A DNA stretch of 64,000 nucleotides from Azolla caroliniana (Eukaryota > Plantae > Polypodiophyta): the NCBI GenBank assembly GCA_043228905.1, contig JBHGNT010000002.1, positions 17,670,001 through 17,734,000 of the forward strand, given 5' to 3'. The notes under the pieces are model-generated. The model worked only from the letters and a program-made list of their open reading frames with translations. It was not told the origin of the DNA and made no database searches. Below, piece after piece: positions 27,401 through 39,953 of the stretch; within the stretch, counting starts at the first letter, position 1; each line of letters begins with the position of its first letter. A program made the position numbers and the translations under genes.

Positions 27401-28055
27401 GAGGAAGGGTACCGGCTTTTACCTTGTCAAATACATCGGCATAAGAATGATATTTTGCTGGAAGTTGTACTGAGGAGTCCTTCTTAATAGTGCTGGAAGG
27501 ATGTACTGATATTGCAAATAGGAACATTGCCTCCTTGGGTCCTTCTTCGCGTAGTTGATGGAGTGAAATGGTCGAAACTTGGTGAGTTGATTCTTGGGGT
27601 GGTCGATATTAGACTTCTCTTGTTCTCCAATCTATGGCTGGATTATGTAATTCAAACCAAGGTAATCCTAGGACAATGGGATGCTCTGGACTACTAATTA
27701 TATTAAATGATATTACACACACAAAACTACCTAGGACAACTTGAATGGGTTCTGATTCTTCTACAATATTCCCGGAAGCAATGGGACGACCATCAATGTC
27801 TACTACAGATGCGGGACAAGGAAGTTTTCTTAAGGATATCTGAGAAGCTTGCGCAAAATTTCGATCCATGAAACAGGAATTAGCTCCGGAATCTAAAAGT
27901 GCTAGGACGGGTACTGGGGGATTACTTTTAGTACTAACAATGACTTGGGCTAGGAACACATTGCTAACTTGCTTGGAAGGAATGGAACCACTAATGGGCT
28001 GTACAGATCTAGGGCTGTTGTCCAACCAAACGGCTCCTATTTTGGCTGGACTCAA
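24484..28055 (-). pseudogene. pol: Chromovirus pol (protease, RT, RNaseH, integrase, chromodomain), frameshifted
   Basis: [49 protein letters not shown]...TWEP across ORFs 27609-28055, 26889-27281, 25958-26968, 25581-25961, 25230-25493 and 24484-25356. Confidence 0.93.
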
Positions 28056-29209
28056 TCGTTTAACTCTTCATCTAATTGACTAAGGATTTCAAATTTATTT
28101 GAGATACTTGGGCTCTTAGTACTATGAATACTATCAAACACTCTATTAGTACTATTAATACTATCAGACACTCCTAAGGGAAGAATTGATTCGGGTTTAG
28201 TACAAGCTACAATTTGATTTACCTGTCTTCTTGGCCTATGGGGACAATTGATTGCGATATGCCCTCGTCCACCGCAATAAAGACATAATCGATTTGAACG
28301 TCGTCGTTGCTTTTCTTCTTCCGATAACGGGCCGCGTTGACGCATGGTATCGATCTCCATCGGTGTTGAAGTATTTGCTTGAGGTATGTCTCGTGCAAAT
28401 GGTCTAGCCGCGACTGCGGCGTAAGTGGGCTCTGGCCTAGCGCGTGGTATCTGTAATTGACGTTCCGAATGCCGTTTGAAGAGGCGGTTGTCACATCGGA
28501 CCGCTCGACTGATTGCCTCCGTAAGAGACTTTGGTTCTTCGGGGAAGGTTAGAAGTAGATCTTTGACATCATTTCGCAGGCCATAGCGAAACTGCTCCCT
28601 TAGTGCTTGATCATCCCAGGGTATGTCGAAAGCGAGTAGGCGGAAATCCGCCGCATAGGCAGAGGCTGGACGATCGCCTTGACGCAATCGCCGGATCTTG
28701 TTGATCGCCGTCCTGATGCTGTCGGTGTCTCCAAAGCAGGCTTTGAACTCACTAATAAAATCTTCAAAGTTATTAAGCAAGGGCGATTGTTTTTCTAGAA
28801 GCAGAGCGAACCATGCTAAGGCTGAGCCGCTAAGCAACGTGCCTATTAAGCCAACTCGGGATGCATCAGTGGGGTATCGGGAAGGATGCATTTGGAGGAC
28901 TAATCGTACCTGATTAAGGAATCCCCTGAATTGCGATCGCGTTCCATCAAATTTCACAGGAAGTCCAATCTTCGGCTCTTTATGAAATCCTTGGGGACTT
29001 GATCCTTGTTCTTGCAATTCCGCTTCGAGTTGTTGCACCCGTAACGCTAACTCCCCATGTTGTTGCTGCGTTTGTTGCTTTTCTAGAGCGATTTGTTGTA
29101 GATCCCCTATCAGCCGTTGGTTTTCTTGTTCCAGGGCAACAAACTTTTCTTTTAGGCACTGTAACTCGGAGAAAACGGATTGATATTCTTGGGCGCTAAC
29201 AGTAGCCAT
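28052..29209 (-). CDS. gag: Chromovirus Gag (385 aa, CCHC zinc knuckle)
   Basis: Open ORF; KFDGTRSQFRGF, LRQGDRPASAYAADF, LCLYCGGRGHIAINC. Confidence 0.9.
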   Translation of the reverse strand: MATVSAQEYQSVFSELQCLKEKFVALEQENQRLIGDLQQIALEKQQTQQQHGELALRVQQLEAELQEQGSSPQGFHKEPKIGLPVKFDGTRSQFRGFLNQVRLVLQMHPSRYPTDASRVGLIGTLLSGSALAWFALLLEKQSPLLNNFEDFISEFKACFGDTDSIRTAINKIRRLRQGDRPASAYAADFRLLAFDIPWDDQALREQFRYGLRNDVKDLLLTFPEEPKSLTEAISRAVRCDNRLFKRHSERQLQIPRARPEPTYAAVAARPFARDIPQANTSTPMEIDTMRQRGPLSEEEKQRRRSNRLCLYCGGRGHIAINCPHRPRRQVNQIVACTKPESILPLGVSDSINSTNRVFDSIHSTKSPSISNKFEILSQLDEELND

Positions 29210-29714
29210 AGTAGAGGGAAAAGCATAGGAGGATGAGGGAGAACGACAAGAAGGCTGGAGGAAAGAGGAAAAAATTGGTTCAAACTGTCAGGAATAGTAC
29301 TAAAGCAGAGATGGAATTAGTACTAAGAAGAGTAGTACTATTAGTACTAAGAGGACGGGACTGTGTAAGATTCCCGAGAGAGAGGAAGTGAGAAGAGGAG
29401 AGAGAGAGATAGGATGATGACAACAACTCTTATATTATATGAAAGATAAGTACATATCGGCTAAGAGGCTTAAGACTGGTGTTGAACCAATTTGGTTCAA
29501 AACAATGCCTTGTGCCTCCTTTTATAGTGTTTTTAGGAATAATCCTGGAGCTTCTAGAATGTTTCAGAGATATCTGGAATATACATCAACTTTCTATGAT
29601 AAAGCATAAATGAAAATAATATCCTACAAATTACAATTCATAGTCTAATGGTAAGAGCTCGACCCATGTAGCATAAGGTCATGGGTTCGAGTCTTGCCAT
29701 ATCATGACAACAAT

Positions 29715-31020
29715 AAGTCGAACGTTCCGATCCGAACATTCTATCAAGATGATTGTGATAGAAGGATGGATAAACAAACTAGTAAGTACATATATGCACA
29801 TACGTAATACGCAGTTGTACGAACCGAACAACCTTTCGATAGATAGAAGTTGTGTTCGAAGGGGCATGTTGAGAGTCAAATTCAACTTCCCATAGAAATA
29901 GGTTTCACACTAGCTCATGGACATACCATACTAGTTTTGTAAATATTAGAAAGGGCCCTTGCCCTAGTTTAGTTGGTATTTAAACCAACCCTTTGTAACC
30001 TTGTTACTGTTGGAACTACTATACTGTTTTCTTGTTAAAAGCTCTCTCTCTCTCTCTCTCTCTTTGTTGTACACACACACACACTCAATCATCTTCCACT
30101 GCATTATACCACCAACTCCCTTTCTTTACAAATCCGAACGTGGAGGAAGAACATGGCAACGTGAAAGAGGCATCGGACGAGGACCCGATCGATGACGGAT
30201 CAGGAGAGTTCGAGTGAAGAACGAACCAGAATCCTCACAACTTCATTGCTCGACACATACCAGAGGATGTGCGGTTTCGTGGGGGTGGATGTCATGAAGC
30301 ATTTTGGCCATAGAAGAAAAGGGAATCAGACGTGTGTGGACGGGGGTGTGCAAGGATGCACACGTGGACACGAATGAAGCCTTATGTACATAAAGCATTG
30401 TAAATAACATAGGACTAATAAGTACTAGGCAGTATGATTTGAATGGGTACTTTAATGTCCCATAGAAATGAAGGGAAGAATCTCTATCGAAAATGGCTTA
30501 CTTGAGTACTAATGTAATGGCCACTCCTTGAGCTATAAAAAGGGGAGGACGGAGCGGGGGGGGGGGATTCGATCGTTGAGGAGGCGGAAGCTCTGTCAGA
30601 TTGCAGGGTCGACTGCTCATTTCCTACTTTCTACCTGTCGGTCATTGTACTGTGAGGCCTCTGTTCGTGTTAGAGGCTCTTGTGCTCCTGACGAGCATTT
30701 TTGCCTGTGTTCGTGGAGATTTTGAAGCTCTCTTGCCGCCCGAGTCCATTTGTATTTCTCTTGCTATAAGCTAATCATTTGTCTCGTTGTTTTCCGGTTT
30801 TCTTGTGTCTTTTTACCTCTGCTCATTTTCTTGTCTTTGTTCCCTTCCTCCGCGTGCATAACCGAGCATCCGAGCCCGTGTGGTGATCGTCCGGAGTCCG
30901 GCAATAGGTCCGGAACAACATACGTACCTGAGCCCGTGTGGTCATCGTCCGGCATCCGGTGAATAGGCTGACCCGTGTGCCGGAGAAGTTATCTGGAAAT
31001 CAATCCGAATAATCATTTCA
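29715..31020. repeat. LTR-like non-coding sequence (one or two LTRs; boundaries uncertain)
   Basis: TATA-like motifs, (CT)n tract, ends ...tttca followed by a pyrimidine tract; continuous with 24001-24046 across the chromovirus TSD. Confidence 0.4.
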
Positions 31021-31039
31021 CACTCTCTCACTCTCCTTA

Positions 31040-32752
31040 TCGACTCCTTTGTTCAAGACCCCGGTGGACTTTCGCGATAGAGGCCTTCTGGATCTCATCT
31101 TGTATTTCCCATTCCGATGCCTTTGCTTTGTTGCGCGTGGAGACATGCTGAACCTCCATTGTTATGGTGTTGATTGTTGGCTCCTTACCCTTGTCTCGTC
31201 ACAGACATTGAGTGGCGTAATGTCCAGGTTGTTGGCAATTAAAGCAATGTAGGCTCAACTCGCCTTGTTCAACAGTTGGCGGGGTGGCTGGCTCTGGTTG
31301 TCCCTCGGGTTCATCCTGGGGTCGAGATCTGTATTGATATTGCTGCGTATAATGGGGCTTTGGTCGATTATCCCGTCGGTTGTTATTCGGCGCCATTTGT
31401 CAAGCATGGGTGAAATTCTCCTCCATCTAACGCGGATTTTGAGGTCGTCAGTTTTCCCCATAGTTTTTGGGTTCGGCGTGGCCACCCCTATTGTTCGTTG
31501 GTTGTCGATTTTCTTATCAGGGTACGTACTCATTGTCATAACGATCCTCACATTAGTATTCGTCTTCCCAACTATAGTCGTTTCCCCAATACCGATCCTT
31601 TTCATGTCGGGCCCGTTCATTGTAACGGGGACGTTCCTCATCCCTATACCGACCTATTTGTCGGAAGCGGTAATCCAGCTGCTGTCGGATGTTCTGTGGT
31701 TCGATTCGCTGAACCAGTTTCATGGGTCAGTTCAAGAGGTTATATTCACATTCGTTGAACCACTGCCATGGGTCTGTTTAGGAGATTGCTGACAGAAACA
31801 CACTTCGTCGTCCTTGGGCAGGGTTCACTGCAAGGTTGCCGTGGACATGCTCCCACTTGTTTGTGCATTATCCATATTCAGTACGTGATTCATGACCTCA
31901 TCGAGGGTTTTGCTTGTTAAATCAACCACCACTAGGGTCGTCCCTAGGGGCTTGTGAAGGGAGGACAAAAATGTTTCTTTAAGTTCGTCCGCTGGGGGTG
32001 GCCGCGTCAGCTGGCGCCGGAGACCTTGGAAACGAATAACAAATTGTGGAACGGTTTCATGGGCGTCTTGGTAGATCGCATAAAACTTACTCATTAGTTC
32101 ACATGTGGGATCCGCTAATGGAATAGTCAGAGGAACTTGTGCTTCAAATGTTCGAAATTTGGGAATTCTACAAGGTCGTGTTGCGAATACAAGTTTGTCG
32201 CCTACACGTCCAAGGATAACCCGAACTCGGCTATCTTCAACACGTTTCGCGTCGGCTTCCACTAGGCGTTGAGAGACATGGTTGGCTTGCCATGTGGTTA
32301 GGAAAGCACGCACATGCACCTCTGCGTCTAGTTCATCATTGTATTGAGGGTACGGGTATAACATTGTGTCAGAGTCGTGGATGTCGGATCTATCCCTGAT
32401 AGGGTTGTTAACGCAGTTGATAGTGTGTTGGATGTGATCGTCGTTGTAATCGACCTCCGAACTACTGCCACTGGTTGTTCCAGTCTCGTACTACACCTTG
32501 GAAAGGACTTCTGGCACTGGGTGGGCTTATTCGGTGAGTGTGGATTTTACCATACTTTCTTTGTGATCTGGTAGTGGAACGTCTAGTAGAAACTGTTCCA
32601 TGGGCTTAGGTGCTACCTTTGCCATGTGTCGGGACTCTGGCCGAGTGTGGGGTTTGCTTCGGCGTGGGATCTCTTTGTTTCCGTGTTGACTAGACGACAT
32701 CCATCCCCCTATTGTTTTCTATGTAATCACAAATCGACTAGGTGTGCCAAAA
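31040..32752 (-). pseudogene. Gypsy gag remnant with PBS-like site
   Basis: CFNCQQPGHYATQC knuckle; ORF 31825-32364 is retrotransposon gag-like; gtgtgccaaaat at ~32741-32752. Confidence 0.7.
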
Positions 32753-33124
32753 TTGTTAGCCCTCCGGGAGCCCCTCTGAACTCCTGTAGCTCGACTTCCC
32801 TTTTCTTCGATTATTGGAGGGCTTTGCGGAGTTGGTTGCAAGCAATAACACAAGAGATAGGAAGAAGATAACAGGGAGAGAGAGAGAGATCAAGAATCAA
32901 CAGTTGTATTTCTCACATCATATGACTTGTGGTTACAATGTGTATATAAAAGAGAAAGGGTAGTTACAAAACGTTTTTATAAATGAGGGTATTTTACGAA
33001 TATTTATTTATTACTTTATTTATCATAATATGTTTTATTTTTTACTCCTAATATTATACTTTATTTTATATTCTAACACCACCCCATAAAATAAAGTGTT
33101 TATTTTTCTATATTGATCTTACTA

Positions 33125-35799
33125 ATACTAAGACCAATTTTATTACAACAATTCCAATGTTTTTGTTGTGGTACTGGCTTCGTCAAAAAATCCGCCCACA
33201 TTGTTGTAGTAGATGTATAATGTAAAGACATTTCTTTTGCTTCTACCAACTCTCAAATAAAATGGTGTCTTGCTCTTATATGTTTATTTTGATCTGTGAT
33301 CTTTGGATTAATATCTAGTTTAATGCATGATTGATTGTCGCAAAACACTTTGACTTCATTAAGCTTTATGATGTCGAGCTCTTCAATGATCGTCTTTATC
33401 CACAATCCTTCTTTTGCCGTTAATGCCGCCGCAACATATTCCGCTTCGATGCTAGAAAGAGCCACGGATACTTGACGTTTGGTTCTCCATGCAATTGCCC
33501 CATCGGCAAATGTGAAAACCATACCAGATGTTGAGCGGGAGGTATCAAGATCCCCCCCCCCCCCCCCAATCCGAATCCGTCCAACCGACTAATGGTGTTT
33601 GGAGCCAACCATTAAGTTGGGACGAATTCCTAGATTGGAAGGACTTGTATGTGAGACCGATGTCTTTAGTGTATTGTAGATAGCGAAGGACTCGCTTTAA
33701 AGCATTCCAATGAGCTATTCCGGGATTCTGCATAAATCTAGAAAGAAAACCAACTGAGTAAGACAAATCCGAATGTGTACAACTCACAAGATACCTTATA
33801 CTTCCAAGGATTTGTCGATAAGGAAGTGTTTTCATAAGTTGCTCTTCTTCCACGGTCTTTGGACTATCATTGGATGATAGTTTGCACGGTACGGTCATTG
33901 GTGTTGCAATAGGTTTGCAATCAGACATCTCGAACTTGTGAAGAATTTCTTCGACCAATTTCCGTTGTGACATAGTAAGTGTGCCTTCCGTCCTATTCCT
34001 TGTTACCGTGATACCAAGGCAATACTCTAGTGGTTCAAGGTCTTTGACGGGAAACTTCTCCTTGAGTTGATTTATAGCCTTTTGCATTGAAGTAGTACAG
34101 TTAGAGGCAATTGGCAAATCATCAACATACAGACCAATTATCACATAGTCACTTCCTTCCTTACGAATGTAAAGATTTGGTTCGGCTTGAAGACGCCGAA
34201 AATTAATAGACATAAGAAATGTATGGAGGTTGTGGTGCCACATTCGTGGAGATTGTTTCAAACCATACAATGACTTATGAAGCTTACAAACATACTTTGG
34301 GAATTTTGAATCTTCAAAAAACGGCGGTTGTTGCATGAATATTTCTTCATTTAATTCACCATGTAAAAATGCAGTTTCGATATCCAAGTGGTGAAGTTCG
34401 AGATTAAAACTGACCGAAAAAGCAAGCATGGTTCGTAATGGAACCATTTTTAGTTTTGGCGCAAATGTTTCTTTAAAATCCACACCAGGAATTTGTGAAA
34501 AACCACGAGCAACGACACGAGCTTTATATCTCGTCACTACACCATATGCATCCTTCTTCTTCGTAAGTACCCACTTACTAGATATGACATTGCGATTCTT
34601 CAGTCGTGGAACAAAAGTCCACATTCTATTTCGTATGAGAGCATCCATCTCCGTTTGCATCGCCGACTTCCACATTTCACTCTCGGAACCATTAAGGGCT
34701 GCTTTTGGAGTGAGATTTATGTCTTCAAGTGGGATATCACCATCATCGTCTTCAAACTCGTCAATAGGCTCCAGTCCCAAGTCGGCCATAAGTGCTTCAA
34801 ATGGACGTGTGGCTTCCATAATTTCGTAAATATTACGAAATTTTTGCTTGATTGGTTGAGGTTGATCATCGAAATCTTCATTTGTTGGGTAAGTGTTGAG
34901 TGGAGAAGAAACTATATTGACATTAGGTGATGCATGTGGTGTGGAACCTATATGTGGGTGAGTTAAAGTTAGTTGAGAACTATCAGATACACTTTGGCTT
35001 GTGGTTAAAGGTATGAATTGAATAGGTGTGAATGGGTTAGAGGGTGTTAAAGAATGACATTGAGCAACGAGTTGCTCAACTGAATTGGAAAAGCGAGAAG
35101 AGTTGGCGCGCTCCAAAGCCGTGTCTGTAGCTATATAAGGACTCGCTCCACATCTCGAATCCTTGCTCTTTCTCTGCAATGGCGTTTCCATCTGCTCCAG
35201 GCCTTTGTCGCCACCGCCTTCTAGCTGCAAATCGAGCATCTCCTATTGTTGGCATCGCTTCTCCTGTTGTTGGCCGCACCTTTCCTACTGCTGATCGTGG
35301 ATATTGATTTTGCTTCTGAATGTGTTGTTGATTATGTTGATGATTACGCTGCTGATTTTGTTGCTGATTATGTTGATGATCAAGAGGTCGTTGACTCTAC
35401 TGTTGATGGCCATCCTGATGGTGGCCGTACTGGTGGCCGTACTAATGGTGGCTGTGCTGATGGTGGCCGAGTTGTTGCTGGTGGCGTTGATGATGATCGA
35501 GGTGCTGATTGCCGAGCTGATGATGGTCGTGTTGATTGTAATCGTGCTTCTGATGGCCGTGTTGATGGGGGTCGAGCTGTAGGTCGTTCTGGTCATGACT
35601 GAGCCAATTTTGAGGGTGGCCCACCTACTCATCATGAAGTGGATCGTCACTCTGATTTTGTGGGGAATGTTGAATTTGTGGAGAATCATCATGCCTATCA
35701 TGTTGAAAAAGACCACTTTCATGTGGATTCATCAGAAATGTTGATGTAGTGGAGCAATGAATGAATTCGACTTCTTCATTTTGTCTGCTTTCAGGATTG
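33125..35799 (-). pseudogene. Copia pol 3' part: His/Gln-rich linker, RT, RNaseH
   Basis: RYKARVVARGFSQ, LDIETAFLHG, LYGLKQSPR, YVDD, WTDSDWG, SSIEAEY, CDNQS; frameshift at a long C homopolymer ~33552-33567. Confidence 0.9.
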
Positions 35800-35835
35800 A
35801 ACACGTTCGCGTTCACAAGTGGAAGGATTGCGCAT
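35800..35835 (+). repeat. Left terminal inverted repeat
   Basis: aacacgttcgcgttcacaagtggaaggattgcgcat. Confidence 0.95.
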
Positions 35836-36841
35836 TCCACTTGTAGAATCTTCTTAAAACGAAGCAAATACACCCTCTCTACAAAAATTGGATGCACTAG
35901 TATCACATGTTCCTCAACTTGATGAGAATTTGCAAATATAAAAATACATGATAGGTCTACGAGTGGATATCATTAGAAATCATCCAAGTTTAGACGTGTT
36001 GATAAGTTAATGTAGGCATAATAAAGTTCAACAATGGCTCAATATGTCACTACTGTGCGACAAGGGAAACACTAACTTAAAGACTTATATTAATTAGGTA
36101 AGTTTTACAAAAATATCAGGTGTCTTGTATCCATACTAATAAAATGAGTTATAATTTATACTTTGACCCATACGTGCATGTATGTAATTGTGGAAAATGT
36201 AGGATAGTGCACATTAGGATAAGTGATTGGAATAACTAACTTATTAAAGTATTCAATACTTGTATTTAAAGTTGATCTAATCTATTCCTCAGTTTGTTCA
36301 TATGGGATCAAACCATATGTATATAATTGTGGACAATGTAAGGCATTGAACTTTAGGATAATGTCGTGGAAATAACAAACCTATTAGGCTTTCATACCTG
36401 TATTTAAAATTGATCTACTCTATTGCTTAGGTGATTCACACAAGATCAAACTCCGAACGATAACGCAACTGGAACCATTATCAACACACTACACAATCTA
36501 AGCAGCAATGGAATAGAAACATAATAGTTTTAACAATAGAAGACAAAGATCCATAATAACAACATGGACAATCATGGCAACAATTGTAGGGCCATGTTCT
36601 GTTAAGGTTAGCTTGGACCAAAATCAGCCTCAATTTAAACTAATTCATGTTTCTCCATAAATTTGGTAGTCAGCTATGCACTCAGTGAAACCAATGTCAT
36701 AAATCTACTAACCAAGTATATAAAAATAAAATTGAAACATATAGAAGATTATAAAGAATAGAATCCACTAGGTAAAACCCAAAATTTTTATTAATAATGT
36801 GAAATCCTAACAAATTGTCAGTGTCATTTTCTTCATAGAGT

Positions 36842-39800
36842 CTATGACATAGCAATCAATTCATCAACATCATTTTCTTCATCATCTTGTGTAGAACTCT
36901 CTTCGACTATACGTGCATTGGCTTCCCCTGTTAGCCGAGCCAACGAAATATCTTCTATAAGCTCATCATCAAGCTCTATTAGCTCCCCCGGTTCGCCGGC
37001 TAACGAAGGAATAGGCTCTCACGAAGCAGGTTGAAACCTTTCTGTATTAGCGAGGTTCTTTGCACCGAGCTCCTCATCCTGGTCTGGGCACTCCCACAAA
37101 ACCTTAATCCGCATATTAATAAATATAACCTGGTCCTCGTCCTTCTCCAATGCAACTCTATTTCTAAAGAGCTTCAATGCACATGCAGACGTCATTCCTG
37201 TGATGTAAGTAACAAGAAGATTTAGTTGTCAAACAAAAAAGATTCGGGATTGGTTATCTCAAGATCGTTACCCTAGTTCGAGGAATACCTGTGCCAGAAA
37301 AGAGATCTAATATCCAGTCTCCTTCGATAGAAAACATCTCGATCAAGCGCATCATAAGTCGTTGAGGTTTTTGATATGGGTTGACAAGTCCCCGTTCTGT
37401 CGTGGTGACATGTTGCAATTTCCGTGTCACTGTTGGATATACCAATAGATTTGAACCTCCCACTTCATTAGAATGCTCCTTGATTCTCTGTTTCTTAATT
37501 TCATCGAAGTAGCCAACCGTGATGTATTCAATGGCATTAACGAACTGAAAAGTTGGCCCTCTATTTACATTGGTCTTGATCCTATAAAAAATAATACATC
37601 AAGTTAAGAATAGATTGAACAACCTTAAGAAATGCAATATACTGAAAGACACCTATAAATAATCCTTACCATGCAAGGTTCTCGATACCATGGCAACGAG
37701 ATCTCAAAGCTTGAGCTACCGAGTATCCTTGGTCCATACTATGAAAGACAACTATTCGCCACAAGGATGCAGTCGTTAGCTCAGCGAAATCCTTGACCAT
37801 CTTCTCCAATTGTTTTTGAAATCCGTATGATGACCCAGCCATTCGAAATCCGTAAGGAATATCTGCAATCATTAGCGTATATTCCTTCTTTGGCACCTTT
37901 TGGATCAAGTCGACGACATCACCGCAAACCACATTGTAGTAAAGATCTCTCGTAATATCTTTTTTGTGGCTAAATTTTTTAAAGGAGCCATCTTCCTCCA
38001 TTTCATACACCTTGACTAAGCGACGATCCTTTTCTTTTCTGGCTCGCTCAAGATGTGCAAGGAAGGATGTAGGGAAATCGTGTATATCCTTAACTTCTCC
38101 TTGTTTCTTGCCTCGACACGGTTTCTAATAGAAGCAATAGGACATCAGGTATTATTATACAAGCTCTACATATAATGAAAGGGTAATGAAAAACCATCAA
38201 TACTAACCCAATCCTTGAAATACACTGATAACGCCTTATATGAAGACGTTAGAGGATAATCCTTGGTCACTTGTTCCCAAGTTATACATCCAATTTGTTT
38301 CATCATAACTTCTTGGATCTTCATGTACACCTTATGACTGTAAAATTAGAAATCAAGATTAGAACTTTGAATTACACCATATAGACTACAATTTCAGTAT
38401 TTGAAAGACTTACTTATTGAGCTCAGTGACCATTTCTTCAAGGCTTAAATCTTTCGCCACAACCCTTGACAAAACAGACACAAGAAGCTGCTCGTCCTTA
38501 ATACATTGCATCGCTCTCCACAGAGACAGCTTCATGTCGTCTGCGGCTTCTTCAATTGTCAAGTCAATTTTCTTGGCGGCTTGTGACTTTAACTCTAGTT
38601 GAGGGTCAACCTTACATTTCTTTTGTCGTTGACCCTTTACCTCCTTATTCTCCCACATTGAGAAGATTTGATCTTGTAGGTTCCATACTTCTCCATCTCT
38701 AAATGCCAATTGAAACCAAGACTCATATTTTCGAAGACCATCGGACTTAACATTATCATCTACAACAATGCCAACTTCATGCAGACATTGACGTCATAGG
38801 CCTGGATGTAACTTCACACCAAACTTTGGTTTCACGTCCAAATACTCGGGGTGGAAGAACCGTATACGCTCAATGGACAACATTTTCTACCTATAGTCAT
38901 TATCATTATTATGGTCCCATGCCAATAGCTTAGCCTCTTCGGTTGTGAGCCCAACATAAATTTTGCACTCGGCATACTTGAAGAAGAAAGTCGTTGGATG
39001 TTCTCTCACAAGTTGCCGACGTGCCTCCACTGAATGCGATCCACCAATGACAAAGTAATTATATTGATCATGCTTTCTAATATCAAAATCTTCAATGGTT
39101 TCACATTCTTCAGGATCTACCATAACAATAAAAGGCACCACAGTGGCATGAGGATTAATTTTCATTTTTTTCTTGAGATTTTGGACATGCATGCGGTGTG
39201 GCTCTCTAATCTCAAGTGGTCGTCGATCTGTTTTTTCATCAATAGGGGGCCGATGGATGTGTGTTATAGGCAAATTAAACACTTGCCCTTTCCTGACCAG
39301 TTTACGCTGCATTAACTCTCTCCTTATCTTATTCTGCTCGGATGACAAAACACCAGATGCCAGCTCAGCTCCTGGCATCCCTTATTGTCCTCCTCTTCGT
39401 TTTCACTTGTTGAATCGGTGTTCGACATTTTGGTTGTCTTCTTCTTTGGTGGTCTTGACTGGACTTTGGATACCCTTTTTGCGGCCTTCAATGGGGAGGG
39501 CACTTCATCTCTTAGAGTTACATGGCCTTGTATATAAGGCCTCAAGGTAACAATAAGGTTTTGTGAGCTTTCAATATCTTTTTTGAACGCTTCTGGCCCA
39601 CAAGATTCCTTTACTAAAAGATCTTCTGAAAGGAACACTTGACGTTCCCCCTTGGAGCACTCTATCATTACCAGTATGTTGGCCGAATCTGCATCTTCGT
39701 AGTCAAATCGTAGAATACGGCCATACATAAATGGGGTTTCCTTTCCAAGCTGCCCCTCCCCCTTCTTCTTTGTTGTATACAATACGCTCTTTTTCTTTGA

Positions 39801-39953
39801 GTCGACATATTGCACACACCATTCCTTGTCCGTTAGATCACGGTCAGGAAGGTCTTCACCTCCAGTAGCGGCGACAAGTTTCTTTTGGCTAACGTCAATG
39901 TGTGGCTGAGATTTTGTCTCCTCGTTGAAGAGAAGCTTTTTTCCTCTCTTCAT
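36842..39953 (-). pseudogene. Spliced ParB/Srx-like domain plus beta-class N6A/N4C DNA methyltransferase fusion. Exons 39953-38414, 38337-38208, 38124-37670, 37581-37289, 37197-36842; carries nonsense mutations and a frameshift
   Basis: Four GT-AG introns of 76-91 bp whose removal keeps the frame through GDVVDLI...ADIPYG...W-IKTN...E...NPYQKPQRLMMRLI...GDWILDLFSGTG-MTSACALKLFRNRVALEKD; ParB-like IREP...VQNLKKKM...PFIVMV...YFVIGGSHSVEA...EEAKLLA..HN. Confidence 0.85.

Larger units (their letters stand above)
24047..29709 (-). mobile_element. Full-length chromovirus (Tcn1/Tf1-like); LTRs 29286-29709 and 24047-24472
   Basis: Near-identical TG...CA LTRs; TSD ACAAT; PPT at 24473-24487; gag-PR-RT-RH-IN-chromodomain order. 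Confidence 0.96.

Noticed and set aside
24001-31020. Single long LTR shared by two tandem Gypsy internal regions
   Set aside because: Possible, but no second matching LTR is present in the window and orientation cues conflict
33552-33567. Programmed frameshift at the C homopolymer
   Set aside because: It lies inside conserved RNaseH; slippage or sequencing error is more likely
35246-35722. Overlapping low-complexity ORFs, including a hydrophobic 'membrane' ORF
   Set aside because: Alternative frames of the Copia linker repeat
36842-39953. Bacterial/phage contamination or a restriction-modification operon
   Set aside because: The gene has spliceosomal GT-AG introns and lies within TIRs nested in a plant Copia; no restriction enzyme is evident
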